Shown one piece after another: positions 27,765-37,789 of a stretch of DNA of 64,000 bases. A program made the position numbers and the translations under genes. The notes beneath the pieces were generated by a model that saw only the letters and a list, made by a program, of their open reading frames with translations, had not been told where the DNA came from and did no database searches. How positions within the stretch are numbered: the first letter of the stretch is position 1; each line of letters starts with the position of its first letter. Origin of the DNA: Nitrosopumilus sp. (GTDB lineage Archaea > Thermoproteota > Nitrososphaeria > Nitrososphaerales > Nitrosopumilaceae); the NCBI GenBank assembly GCA_965206745.1, contig OZ242220.1, positions 128,001-192,000 on the forward strand, given 5' to 3'.

Positions 27765-29071
27765 TGAATTACAAAGTTATTCTGCCGTTGCTTGTTGTCG
27801 GGTTGCTGCCCTTAGCTTTTGATAGTTCTCATGCACAGATCAGTTCGGGAGGATTCGGCCAATCCCCCTTTGAGAGGGACTTTGGCGATGTAAAATTTTT
27901 GGATGCCTACTTTGGCACTCTAAATAACAAAATCGAGATCGAGGCAGGAGATAACAATGTCCCATTTACAGTAGTGTTTGCTAATGTGGGAACGCAAGAT
28001 ATCACGGGGATTCGTGGCCAGCTGTCCCTCCCATTGAGTTTTTCAGCCTCTGATGGCCCTGATTCTGTCATTCGTGCAGATAGCGACTCAAACTCGCTGG
28101 CAGGGGAGAACTTTCATCTTACATTTTTTGTCAACATTGGCAAAAATGTACCGATTCAGCAGCACCCTGGAACCGTCAAAGTTGACTATTCACGACTGAG
28201 GGAGTCCGGAGTCAGAGCAGCGTTTGCCGATTTTAATTTCAAGGTGACCGGGGACAGTGTGATAAATGTAAAAGCTGTACAGCCATTCATCACCTCTTTA
28301 AGATCCAATGACGTAGTAATTGAGATTTCCAATGACGGTACCGCCCCAGTTTCTAGCATGGATATCACTGCAACTAACACATCGACGGAACTTGCCTCTA
28401 CATCATCATCGACTACCAACGTGGAAAATGTAGTCATCTTGGAATCAAGCTGGGATATTGGAAACATTGCTCCAAAATCCTCCAAGCGCTTTACTGCAAC
28501 GATATATGTTCCTGAATCATTAAAGGGCGATACCCTGAGAATCCCTCTCTCCATTTCATATTATAATGCACATGGAGATTTGCATCAAATTTCAAAAATC
28601 GTTGATTTCTATGTCAAGGGCCTCATTGATCTGACAGTCTTTAACGTGGGCGTAATTGAGCTCTCTGACACACAAAAGATAATCGGTGAAATAATTAACG
28701 AAGGTAACGAGGATGGACTGTTTGGATTTGTCTCAGTCGAATCAAAGGGTGACTCTAACATTAAACCAGCCACCCAGTTCATTGACGAGATTGAAATCGA
28801 TGCGCCCGTGCCATTTAACGTTCCACTAGAATTTGATGGCGAACCAAAATATGGAGAACATGATGTCACGATCACCGTTAGATACAAAGACAGTACTAGA
28901 GACGAAATATTTCTTACCCATGATGAGACAATCTTTGTAAAAGAACCACCAAATCAAGACGAGGAGGGCATTGATCCGATAATGATGGTCATTCCAGTTG
29001 TTTTGGTTGCAGGGGCCGCTGCACTCTACATTATTCGCAGGCGTAAAAAAGCAGCAATCGAGGCTAGCTAG
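27761..29071 (+). CDS. S-layer-like (COG1361-type) Ig-fold membrane-anchored protein
   Basis: Signal peptide, repeated N.G Ig-like strands, C-terminal TM plus RRRKK; co-operonic with the ABC transporter. Confidence 0.7.
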   Translation: MMNYKVILPLLVVGLLPLAFDSSHAQISSGGFGQSPFERDFGDVKFLDAYFGTLNNKIEIEAGDNNVPFTVVFANVGTQDITGIRGQLSLPLSFSASDGPDSVIRADSDSNSLAGENFHLTFFVNIGKNVPIQQHPGTVKVDYSRLRESGVRAAFADFNFKVTGDSVINVKAVQPFITSLRSNDVVIEISNDGTAPVSSMDITATNTSTELASTSSSTTNVENVVILESSWDIGNIAPKSSKRFTATIYVPESLKGDTLRIPLSISYYNAHGDLHQISKIVDFYVKGLIDLTVFNVGVIELSDTQKIIGEIINEGNEDGLFGFVSVESKGDSNIKPATQFIDEIEIDAPVPFNVPLEFDGEPKYGEHDVTITVRYKDSTRDEIFLTHDETIFVKEPPNQDEEGIDPIMMVIPVVLVAGAAALYIIRRRKKAAIEAS

Positions 29072-29115
29072 GGATATAATTTTAAATCTCAAACGGGTAA
29101 ATACAAAGCAGTAAG

Positions 29116-29448
29116 TTGAGATTAACTGTCATCATTCTCATTGTAGTTTTATCTATTGGAAGTATAGTAATCTCTCTAGGTTTTCTTACCTCTGAAAAAT
29201 ACATAGATGTTCCCGAGATTGCCAGCCAATATGAAAAGTTGGAGACATACAAAAATGAACTGGAGAAGATCAACCAGCAAAATAAAAAGATCCTAGGCGA
29301 TCTCGAGGTTCAAATCAAAAATTCCAACAACGTTCATCTGGAAACAATCAATGAGGAGATCAAAGTGATAAAGCGTGTAATAGAACAAAACAAGGCAGAA
29401 CTGGAACAGGTGATTACAAAATTGTCTCAGATGGAATCTGATCCGTAG
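29116..29448 (+). CDS. Membrane-anchored coiled-coil hypothetical protein
   Basis: N-terminal TM followed by heptad-rich sequence. Confidence 0.65.
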   Translation: MRLTVIILIVVLSIGSIVISLGFLTSEKYIDVPEIASQYEKLETYKNELEKINQQNKKILGDLEVQIKNSNNVHLETINEEIKVIKRVIEQNKAELEQVITKLSQMESDP

Positions 29449-29597
29449 CAAAAGTGACTTTTCATCTCTGTGAAATTTACATCACATCTCAAGCAGATGA
29501 TATCGCGTATGGCAAATGTACTTCTTCCGGCAGGATGGTGGGATTCATCACTGTATCACTGCCAGTAACTGACGGCCTTACTAAATTCATATAGTTA

Positions 29598-29807
29598 TTG
29601 GCAGTAATTTTTTTGTTGGAAACACATCACAGATTGACAGTTTTGGGGGTATTTTTGTTGGCTGCAACCTTTTTGATAAACCACTATCATCAGGAAACTC
29701 ATCTCGACCTTGGGTTCAACTATGCATATGTTACCGGAATTTTGATGCTGGCATCATTTTCAGCAAGTTTTGTAATGTTTACAAAAAACCAACTAAAGGC
29801 ATCCTAA
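29598..29807 (+). CDS. Small 2-TM hypothetical protein
   Basis: Two hydrophobic segments; start uncertain. Confidence 0.55.
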   Translation: MAVIFLLETHHRLTVLGVFLLAATFLINHYHQETHLDLGFNYAYVTGILMLASFSASFVMFTKNQLKAS

Positions 29808-29873
29808 TTTACCTGCAAGGGTCTTTTTGAGAAAACATCAACCGCATCCATTTGAATTAAACCAATCTTCCTA

Positions 29874-29903
29874 GTTACTAACACACGAAGGCTTGACAGT
29901 ACC
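29874..29903. mobile_element. Solo IS6-like terminal inverted repeat (right end)
   Basis: Reverse complement GGTACTGTCAAGCCTTCGTGTGTTAGTAAC matches 30230-30259 at 25/30. Confidence 0.6.
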
Positions 29904-29922
29904 TGCATATTTGTCTGGTTCA

Positions 29923-30168
29923 TTATCTGCGGTGTCTATTTTTGAAGACATTAGTCATTTCAAAATCTGCATCAATATAGCCAACTATTTTTCCTGAACT
30001 GGAATTGACTTTTACTTCCTTTAGTTGTTCACTCAAAAACCCTACATCAAATATGATATGCCAAACACCATTTTCTATTTTTGAAGATTTTAAATCAATT
30101 GTATTGTGATGTTTTCCGAGAAATCCTTCTGCTCTTTTGATTACATCCTCCATATCATATTCTGCCAT
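29923..30168 (-). CDS. Small PepSY-like hypothetical protein
   Basis: W.I.FD......EVKVNSSSGKIVG pattern; AT-rich. Confidence 0.55.
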   Translation of the reverse strand: MAEYDMEDVIKRAEGFLGKHHNTIDLKSSKIENGVWHIIFDVGFLSEQLKEVKVNSSSGKIVGYIDADFEMTNVFKNRHRR

Positions 30169-30229
30169 AGATTAAATCATTCACAGTTACATTAATTCTT
30201 TAATTGAAAAAATCATGAGATCTTATTTC

Positions 30230-30311
30230 GGCATTGTCAAGTCTTCGTATGTTAGTCACCAAGTATGGAAATCTGTATTTAGTGCCTAACACACGACAAC
30301 TTGATAGTACC
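30230..30311. mobile_element. 82-bp MITE-like element with ~30-bp imperfect TIRs (IS6-like ends)
   Basis: Left end GGCATTGTCAAGTCTTCGTATGTTAGTCAC versus right-end reverse complement GGTACTATCAAGTTGTCGTGTGTTAGGCAC (23/30). Confidence 0.65.
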
Positions 30312-30354
30312 TCCTTGAGCGTAAGATTATAAGCAATTACTGGATCTTGCGATC

Positions 30355-30738
30355 ATGCCAAATGATGAGATTCAAGTGCCAAAGGAACTGCGGGAATTCA
30401 TGATGGAGGGAGCTGAGGAGACAATTCTCGGGCAGAAGAACGGCTCTCACAAGCAGTACCGTTACGGGAACCTGCACATTAGAGAATATGATGACAAGTT
30501 TCTAGTTCACAATGACAGAGTTGATCCACGTAAGGATCCGATAGGACATTTAGTTTATGATGCACCTGAGGTACTAGTTGGCCTGGCATGTGTAATTTTT
30601 GGCGGCTCACAAGTGGCAGAAAAAATGAAAAATAAAAATTCTAAAACACTGACCATTGTTTCGGGACTGACTTGCGCAATCATCTTTGGATATGTGGGGT
30701 ATCTAGCTGCCAAGAAGGCTAAAAATTATCTGGAGTGA
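30355..30738 (+). CDS. Hypothetical membrane protein
   Basis: QYRYGNLHIREY..H.D.VDP..DP.GHL; overlaps the next gene (GTGA). Confidence 0.75.
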   Translation: MPNDEIQVPKELREFMMEGAEETILGQKNGSHKQYRYGNLHIREYDDKFLVHNDRVDPRKDPIGHLVYDAPEVLVGLACVIFGGSQVAEKMKNKNSKTLTIVSGLTCAIIFGYVGYLAAKKAKNYLE

Positions 30739-32288
30739 ATCAAGTGTCTACTGTAAGAACAATCCAAGTGCTATTCAAACTACTTCCATCCATTTTTGCA
30801 TTGCGTAAAGATAGGAAAAAATGGATCAATCAGGAAAAAAACCAGATTGATTCAGAACAGTTCAGAAAAAATGCAAGAAAAGTGCTTGACACGTTCATCT
30901 CTTTGGGGCCTGTATACATAAAACTGGGGCAGTGGCTTTCTTCACGTGCAGATATTTTACCTCAGCCTTATCTGGAGGAACTCTCAAAACTTCAGGACAG
31001 CGTGCCATCTGCACCATTTGATCAGGTAAAGCCAATAATAGAAAAAGATCTTGGTCCCATTGATGATAAATTCGACGACATAGATCCTAACTCCATATCT
31101 GGCGCCTCATTAGGCCAAGTTTACCGTGGGACCATTTCAGGCCAGCAGATTGTCGTCAAGGTGAAGAGGCCTGGAATTGAAAAAGTCGTCTTTAAGGATC
31201 TTCAAGTTTTGAAAAAGGTCCTTCCTTTGGCATTGAGGTTCGTTGATCCAAACCTGCGCTATTCTGCAAAAGCAATGCTTTCTCAATTTATTGAAACAAT
31301 CCATGAGGAGATGGACTACAAAAATGAACTGCAGAATCTCAAAAGAATCAAGGAGGACATGGCTGGCTCAAACAATGTGATTGTCCCATCCGTCTTTGAT
31401 GATTATTCATCCAAAAACGTGCTCACCATGGAATATCTGCCCGGAATCAAGGTCACAAATATTCAAGCCTTGGATGAAAAAGGCATAGATAGGGAGCAGC
31501 TTGTAATTGATGTCCACAAGGTCTTTTTCACAATGCTGCTCAAGCACTCCCTTTTTCACGCAGATCCACACCCTGGAAACATCTCCGTTACTGATGATGG
31601 AAGACTCATCTTGTATGACTATGGGATGGTCGGACGAATAAACAATGAGACTCGGATGAAACTGATCAGACTGTATCTGGCTCTAGTTGAAAGAAATCCC
31701 CCCAGGGTTGTCAGTGCAATGAGCGATCTCTCGATGCTGACTCCCGGTTACAATAGGGAGGTAATTGAAAAAGGGATTGATCTATCAATCCGTGCAATGC
31801 ATGGGAACAAACCTGACGAGATGGAAGTCCAAAGCTTGATGGAGCTTGCAAACCAGACCATGAGCAGATTTCCATTTGTACTGCCAAAGAATTTGGCATT
31901 GTACATGAGAATGGCATCAATCATTGAAGGAATATACAAAACCCATGATGTGGATTTTAAATTTGTCAAGGTGTTAAAGAATATTTTACAGGAGGAGAAC
32001 CTCATTCCACGTGCGTATGTTGAAGAGCTGAAGATCTCGTTTGAGAACCTCTCAAAATCCGTAGACTCGGCACTTCGAATCGGGCCTGAGATGAAAAAAT
32101 TCATGGATGAGGCCCAAATCTATATGAAGAAGGGAAGGCCTATGGTTCTAATCAGCGGAAGCATATTTGCATCTGCAACTTTTCTCGGATCTGTATTTCT
32201 GTACCAGTCAAATGAGTTACTTGGATTGGTCGGCATGGCCAGTTCTGGTTTGATTATGGCAGCTTCGGGATTTTTTAGAAAGCACTAG
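30735..32288 (+). CDS. AarF/ABC1/UbiB-family atypical kinase
   Basis: IKLGQ, ASLGQV, VVKV, HADPHPGN and DYGM. Confidence 0.93.
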   Translation: MNQVSTVRTIQVLFKLLPSIFALRKDRKKWINQEKNQIDSEQFRKNARKVLDTFISLGPVYIKLGQWLSSRADILPQPYLEELSKLQDSVPSAPFDQVKPIIEKDLGPIDDKFDDIDPNSISGASLGQVYRGTISGQQIVVKVKRPGIEKVVFKDLQVLKKVLPLALRFVDPNLRYSAKAMLSQFIETIHEEMDYKNELQNLKRIKEDMAGSNNVIVPSVFDDYSSKNVLTMEYLPGIKVTNIQALDEKGIDREQLVIDVHKVFFTMLLKHSLFHADPHPGNISVTDDGRLILYDYGMVGRINNETRMKLIRLYLALVERNPPRVVSAMSDLSMLTPGYNREVIEKGIDLSIRAMHGNKPDEMEVQSLMELANQTMSRFPFVLPKNLALYMRMASIIEGIYKTHDVDFKFVKVLKNILQEENLIPRAYVEELKISFENLSKSVDSALRIGPEMKKFMDEAQIYMKKGRPMVLISGSIFASATFLGSVFLYQSNELLGLVGMASSGLIMAASGFFRKH

Positions 32289-32291
32289 ATG

Positions 32292-32669
32292 CTATTCTAT
32301 TGTAATATCCCTGCCTTGCTTTACCACTGGTATGATCAATGTAAGAATGCCATCCTTGTACTTTGCAGATTCAATCTTTTCCTCGCCTGGCTTAATTTGT
32401 ATGGGAAGTCTGATCTTTTTATCAATCAGGTTTGGTCTCTGGTTTGAAATCAATGTTGCAGATTCCTCATCAACTGCCTTCTTTGCATTGATGGAAAGAA
32501 TATCCCCGCACAAGGACAGCTCTATCTCATTTTTTGCAAATCCTGGAATGTCAATTACGACTTTGAGATTCTTATCGTCAAGATACATGTCGATTGGAGG
32601 CAAAACAAACTCATAGAATTCCCTTGACTTGTTTCCAATCTCTTTGATTACATCCTTTACAAATCCCAT
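32292..32669 (-). CDS. Small heat shock protein (Hsp20 family)
   Basis: DIPG and AKYKDGILTL.IP. Confidence 0.9.
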   Translation of the reverse strand: MGFVKDVIKEIGNKSREFYEFVLPPIDMYLDDKNLKVVIDIPGFAKNEIELSLCGDILSINAKKAVDEESATLISNQRPNLIDKKIRLPIQIKPGEEKIESAKYKDGILTLIIPVVKQGRDITIE

Positions 32670-33111
32670 TTTGTGTTATGTGCTCAATTTTTGGTTATAA
32701 ACCTTGATGGGATTCGGCCTAGTCTGTTTAGCACACTTGGTCTCAAAGTAATCACATGCCTGAAGACTGCACAAACAGTAACTATGAATTATTTACAATT
32801 TTGGGATCCTCAAGTTTATTAACAATTAATGATTTTCCAATGTACTGCCAGTATTGTCCTGCAGGACTTTGTCTGAAGCGGGGTAGCAAGGCTGGTGCTC
32901 ATTATATTTTCCAAGTGTGCCATGTCCAAGTTCATGTTAAAGATTGAGGAAATTCTGAGTTAATTTGGGTTTCCTGTAGTGTGCAAGAGTTACATGCGTC
33001 TAGTTTCTTTTGCCTCGGCAAGTCTGATATGATATTCTAGTGTTTGTGCGTGGGTGTTGGTGGGAGATTTGCAGGATCTTGATAGATTTTTAATCAATTG
33101 CTTTCCTAGTT

Positions 33112-33723
33112 TTGATGACTATGATTATTGTAATTGAAGGTGGGGATCAGGCAGGAAAGCTAACACAGTCCACCCTATTAGAAAAAGCGCTAAAAAGACG
33201 AAAAATCAAAACAAAACTATTCCATTTTCCTGATTATACAACTCCGATTGGCAAGGAGATCAGAAAATATCTGGATGGAAAACGAAAATTTCCCCCCCAA
33301 GTAATTCATTGTCTGCTGGCAGCAAACAGATGGGAGAGACTTGATGCCATTTTGGCTGCAGAGGAGAAAAATTCCGTCCTGATTATGAATAGATATTACC
33401 ACTCTAATCTGGTTTATGGGATAACAAATGGCTTGAAACAAAAATGGCTTGAGGGCCTAGATGAGGGTCTGCCAAAAGCTGATCTTGTTATTTTACTTGA
33501 CGTTACACAGCAAGAATCTTTCTCAAGATCCCCCAGAAATGAGAAAGGCAAAGTCATGAAAAGAGACAAGTTTGAAAAAAACGAAGAGTTTTCAAGAAAG
33601 ATTTCCAGGACTTACAAAGTCATTGCCAAGAAGAAACGGTGGAAGATAATTAATGCCACCAAATCTAAAGAGGACGTACATGAAGAGATTCTAAAAATAT
33701 TTTCAAAGAAGCTGGGACTATGA
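33112..33723 (+). CDS. tmk: Thymidylate kinase
   Basis: IEGGDQAGK.TQ, FPDY and NRYYHSN. Confidence 0.92.
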   Translation: MMTMIIVIEGGDQAGKLTQSTLLEKALKRRKIKTKLFHFPDYTTPIGKEIRKYLDGKRKFPPQVIHCLLAANRWERLDAILAAEEKNSVLIMNRYYHSNLVYGITNGLKQKWLEGLDEGLPKADLVILLDVTQQESFSRSPRNEKGKVMKRDKFEKNEEFSRKISRTYKVIAKKKRWKIINATKSKEDVHEEILKIFSKKLGL

Positions 33724-34955
33724 AGAAAAACTATCTGGACATCGTTGATCCAATCCATGACTTTATTCGTGTCTATGACCACGAGCTTCCAATAATTGAC
33801 AATCCCCTTTTTCAAAGATTGAGAAGGATAAAGCAGCTTTCCGGCGCACATCTGACGTATCCTGCGGCCCAACACAGCAGGTTTGAGCACTCCTTAGGGG
33901 TGATGCACATTGCCAGTCAGGCCGGTTTCTCATTAAATGAAAAAGGATTCTTAAATTCCGATGACGTCCAAATTTTGCGCATCGCAGGCCTATTACATGA
34001 CATTGGTCATGGACCTTTCTCCCATCTCTTTGAGGAGATAATACAGGCAAAGAAAATCTCACATGAGGACTATGGAAAAAAGATCATCCTGAATTCTGAG
34101 ATCGGCGACATACTGTCAAAGACCGGATTTGACAAAAGACTGGTTGCTAAAATTGCATTTGGAGAATCAAAGCTCCAGTATCTAAATGAAATTATTTCAG
34201 GAGCTCTGAGTGCAGACATGATGGATTATCTGCTCAGGGATGGTTATTTTACCGGGGCAGAACATGCAAAAGTGGATCACAAAAGAATCACGCAGTCCCT
34301 TGATATCCACAAGAAAAAACTTGCCTTGGAGCGTTCGGCACTTTATTCCTTTGAATCCATGATGCACTCCCGATATCAAATGTTCAAGGCAGTATACTTT
34401 CACAAGACTGTACGTGCAGCAGAGGTAATGCTTATTGAGGCACTGAGGCTGTCTGATGACGAGTTTGGCTTTACATCGTTTAATCTGAATGAATTTGTCA
34501 AGTTGACTGACGAGTACGTCTTGTCGTCTCTGATCTCCTCAAAATCCCCCAAGCTAAAGCGGGCAAGACGATTCGCAGAGGACTATCAGAATAGAAAACT
34601 GCTAAAATGCGTATTTGAGAGAATACTTACCACCCAAACTAACTTGAAGAAGACCAGAACCGACGAACTCCGAATCGAGATCTCCAAAAAATCCAAGGTC
34701 GACGAAAATGATATCTTTGTGGACAGTTCTGTCACCCCCTCCATCCCGCTTGCCCCCTCAAAGAACGAGTCAAAATCGATTATCTTGATAACAAACGAGG
34801 GCACAAAGTCTTCGGCAAAAGAGATGCCAATTTCTGAAATACCAGTGGTTTCTGCGATTTCTGGATTTATGAACATACTTAGAATCTATACTAGTCAGAA
34901 GAACAGAAAAAAAGTTGAAATTGCCGCAAAATCAATACTTGGTACCCTAAAATGA
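33720..34955 (+). CDS. HD-domain dNTP triphosphohydrolase-like protein
   Basis: [29 protein letters not shown] and DYLLRD. Confidence 0.9.
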   Translation: MKKNYLDIVDPIHDFIRVYDHELPIIDNPLFQRLRRIKQLSGAHLTYPAAQHSRFEHSLGVMHIASQAGFSLNEKGFLNSDDVQILRIAGLLHDIGHGPFSHLFEEIIQAKKISHEDYGKKIILNSEIGDILSKTGFDKRLVAKIAFGESKLQYLNEIISGALSADMMDYLLRDGYFTGAEHAKVDHKRITQSLDIHKKKLALERSALYSFESMMHSRYQMFKAVYFHKTVRAAEVMLIEALRLSDDEFGFTSFNLNEFVKLTDEYVLSSLISSKSPKLKRARRFAEDYQNRKLLKCVFERILTTQTNLKKTRTDELRIEISKKSKVDENDIFVDSSVTPSIPLAPSKNESKSIILITNEGTKSSAKEMPISEIPVVSAISGFMNILRIYTSQKNRKKVEIAAKSILGTLK

Positions 34956-35635
34956 AAAAACGAATTGTAATCAAACTATCTGGACGAGTCTTTGGCATCG
35001 ATAACGTCAAAATCCTAAAAGATTACGCCACATTTCTGGTAAAGATTAGCAAGTTCTGCCAACCCATCATAATTGCCGGTGGGGGCAACATCGCACGGCA
35101 CTATATCTCCCATGCACGGTCTTCGGGAGCTGATGAATCCACCCTGGATGAACTGGGGATTGAGGTTTCAAGGCTCAATGCAAAATTACTGATTTATGCC
35201 CTAAAGAGCAAAGCATACTCACATCCCCCAACCACATTACAGGAAGTAAGACATGCCGTAGATGACGGACTGATTGTAGTAGCCGGAGGTCTTCATCCTG
35301 GTCAAAGCACTAATGGTACTGCAGCATTGATCGCAGAAAAGGTACAAGCTGAGCAGTTTCTCAATGCGACTGATGTTGACGGGGTTTATGATATGGATCC
35401 CAACAAGTTCAAAAAGGCAAAAAAATTCAAGCGCATAGAGATGAAAAATTTGAAAAACATGCTAGTACATGAGGATTCTGTAGCAGGCGGCTATGATCTG
35501 ATGGACATCGTCGCCCTTAAAATCATTGAACGCTCAAAGATAAAAACAAGAATCCTAAAGGCGGACACGAAAATTATTGAAAGGGCAATCAAGGGCGATG
35601 ACGTCGGCACTGAAATCATACTTCCTTCAAAATAG
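34952..35635 (+). CDS. pyrH: Uridylate kinase
   Basis: IKLSG, GGGNIAR, PGQST and TDVDGVY. Confidence 0.93.
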   Translation: MKKRIVIKLSGRVFGIDNVKILKDYATFLVKISKFCQPIIIAGGGNIARHYISHARSSGADESTLDELGIEVSRLNAKLLIYALKSKAYSHPPTTLQEVRHAVDDGLIVVAGGLHPGQSTNGTAALIAEKVQAEQFLNATDVDGVYDMDPNKFKKAKKFKRIEMKNLKNMLVHEDSVAGGYDLMDIVALKIIERSKIKTRILKADTKIIERAIKGDDVGTEIILPSK

Positions 35636-36010
35636 TCAGTCAGAAGAGTCGTTTTGAATTGTGGGCCTACTTTGGGACCAAATTTGAATTTCATTTTTCG
35701 GATATTCTACAATTCCAGCATCTAAAAGTTTCTTGTAAATTGCTAGGGCCTCCTCCCTTTCCACGGCCTTGGATTGAGCCTTTGTATACCCGTCACCATC
35801 CACTATTATGGCCACATGGCCATCTTCGGAGCTGATCACTGCGGTAAACTCTTCCTCTCCAACTGGCTGAAATTTACCGTCGATCTTTTTGGTTGTCAAA
35901 GTTAGCATGCCAAATCCGGCAACCTCAAACATCTTCATCTGTGACTTGCCTGCTCTCTGCTTTCCCTGTTGTACTGCCTGAAAGTACTGCATGATCTCTT
36001 CTTCTTGCAA
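35636..36010 (-). CDS. Hypothetical protein
   Basis: Open frame; start TTG 36010 or ATG 35992. The upstream extension would overlap the divergent gene. Confidence 0.65.
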   Translation of the reverse strand: MQEEEIMQYFQAVQQGKQRAGKSQMKMFEVAGFGMLTLTTKKIDGKFQPVGEEEFTAVISSEDGHVAIIVDGDGYTKAQSKAVEREEALAIYKKLLDAGIVEYPKNEIQIWSQSRPTIQNDSSD

Positions 36011-36062
36011 TGATATAATAACCATCTCAACATTTAAGACATCAAGAGGAGATGCAGAAACT

Positions 36063-36617
36063 ATGAATCCTAGAATTTTTGTCGGTGTGGCAGTTGCAGC
36101 GCTTGTTGTAATTCTAGGCGGAATTCTCTTAATAGGACCTACAATTGTCATTCCCACCGGAAATGATCCGTTTCAACCTCAAGGCATTCCAGAGGTACAG
36201 CCGCTACAGATTGAATTAGAAGACATCTCAATATCCAAAATTTCAGAGCGATCAGCAACCATCGAGCTGGCCTTCAAGCTCTCAAACCCGAATCCACGTG
36301 CCATGATTGTGCAAACAATGGACTATCAATTATTTGAAACAGGCTATTCTGAGACTGAACAAATTACCGGTGGTGAAATCGGCAGCAGGCCTCAAGGAAT
36401 GCTGGAGTTTGGCTCAAACTACTATACGCTTCTTGGAGAAAACTCGATCGTCCTTAGAGATTCCAAGACAATAAGGAATACTGGAAATACTGTGGATTTA
36501 TGGAAGGTATTTGAGGATGATACTGCTTCCTGGAGGGTATCTGGTGACGTATTTTACAATCTCAGCTCTATGACTAGCGGTCAAGAAAATGAGCTTCATT
36601 TTGAATTTACAAGGTAA
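36063..36617 (+). CDS. Membrane-anchored LEA_2-like hypothetical protein
   Basis: N-terminal TM; F.LSNPN motif. Confidence 0.7.
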   Translation: MNPRIFVGVAVAALVVILGGILLIGPTIVIPTGNDPFQPQGIPEVQPLQIELEDISISKISERSATIELAFKLSNPNPRAMIVQTMDYQLFETGYSETEQITGGEIGSRPQGMLEFGSNYYTLLGENSIVLRDSKTIRNTGNTVDLWKVFEDDTASWRVSGDVFYNLSSMTSGQENELHFEFTR

Positions 36618-36715
36618 ACTAGATAGTATCATAAAATTTGAAAATCATGATAATATGTTTTTAGAGTAAAAATATTGGCAAAGTTATAAAAGCTCGTTTC
36701 ATTGTTTTTTAACAA

Positions 36716-36826
36716 ATGGCAGAAGCAGGTATGGCCGCATTTGGCGCAGCAGCAGGAGTCGCAATTGCACTTGCAGTAGTGTGTTTCGCTCTTCGTGGTA
36801 AAGGACATCCGGAACCACTCGACTAA
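36716..36826 (+). CDS. 36-aa single-TM microprotein (MAEAGMAAFGAAAGVAIALAVVCFALRGKGHPEPLD)
   Basis: Own TATA (TTATAAAA ~36684), clean TM helix, and a downstream hairpin/T-tract. Confidence 0.65.
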   Translation: MAEAGMAAFGAAAGVAIALAVVCFALRGKGHPEPLD

Positions 36827-36864
36827 AAGGAATTTTTCCTTTACAACATTTTTCTGATTCTTTA

Positions 36865-37512
36865 CTAATCTTTCTTGCCAAACCCTAGCATCTCAGCTAG
36901 GTCTAGCTGCTTGGCATTCTTCTTTTTCATGAAACATCTTTCATAATACTGACAGTCCGAGCACTCAGTTGACGGCTCTAGGATGGGGGTTTTTTGCTCT
37001 TTTAGAAGATCGTTTAGGACTCGGACTCTTCGGATAACCTCCTCAAACATCTTTTTATTTCGTGAAATTGAAAACGAGGTCTCCTTTCTATCTCCAGATA
37101 TGTATACGATAATTCCATCTGGCTTGTCATAAATCCACATGCATGCATTAAGGTAAAGAACGTCATTTGCAAGGGGATTTTCCAGCTCGGCTGTCGCCCC
37201 TCTAAATAAGAAGATGGAGTCATCAATTAGCATGTCAACTTGGCCCCTTAGCTTGACATCATCAATGTCAAATTCCTTCGGATCACTTCCGTACTGTAAA
37301 TTTCTGAGCAATCCTGAGAGGAGCTCATTGAATCCCTTTCTCTGTACTTCTTTGGGATCGATTCTGTCATAGTATGACTTTCTTAGGCATTGTACGACCT
37401 CATGAAGATGTATGGTCTGAATATCTGCCGAATCAATATTGATCTCCAGCTCTTTTCCTATGGAGTCTATTGCATTTTCAACGGTGCTTCGAAAATCCCT
37501 ATCTCCCATCAT
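36865..37512 (-). CDS. Solo Cas4-like Fe-S PD-(D/E)xK-fold protein
   Basis: QCLRK...GQVD...PSTECSDCQYYERC four-Cys pattern; no cas1 or array in the window. Confidence 0.75.
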   Translation of the reverse strand: MMGDRDFRSTVENAIDSIGKELEINIDSADIQTIHLHEVVQCLRKSYYDRIDPKEVQRKGFNELLSGLLRNLQYGSDPKEFDIDDVKLRGQVDMLIDDSIFLFRGATAELENPLANDVLYLNACMWIYDKPDGIIVYISGDRKETSFSISRNKKMFEEVIRRVRVLNDLLKEQKTPILEPSTECSDCQYYERCFMKKKNAKQLDLAEMLGFGKKD

Positions 37513-37542
37513 GATACATCACTATCCTTTATTCTCTGATAT

Positions 37543-37779
37543 TTAGCTCATAAGTTTTGTTATTACTTTTGAGATCCTTCCTGAGAAGGCAAGTATGACA
37601 AAATGGAGCCCAAAACCGATGATCGCCCCGATGATGAGCTGGCCTGTCAGAAGATAAATTCCCAGAAATACTGCCAATGGGGGCAGGGCAAAGATCATGG
37701 CTAAAAATGAGCTAACCCAGATGAATCTGATTAGTAATTCTATGGAAATCTCGTTCTTTTTCTTTTTAAAGTTAAACAT
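37543..37779 (-). CDS. Small 2-TM hypothetical protein
   Basis: Two TM segments; downstream of atpC. Confidence 0.7.
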   Translation of the reverse strand: MFNFKKKKNEISIELLIRFIWVSSFLAMIFALPPLAVFLGIYLLTGQLIIGAIIGFGLHFVILAFSGRISKVITKLMS

Positions 37780-37789
37780 TTCAAAAATC

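Noticed and set aside
36865-37512. CRISPR-Cas locus
   Set aside because: Only a solo Cas4-like gene is present; no cas1, cas2 or array.
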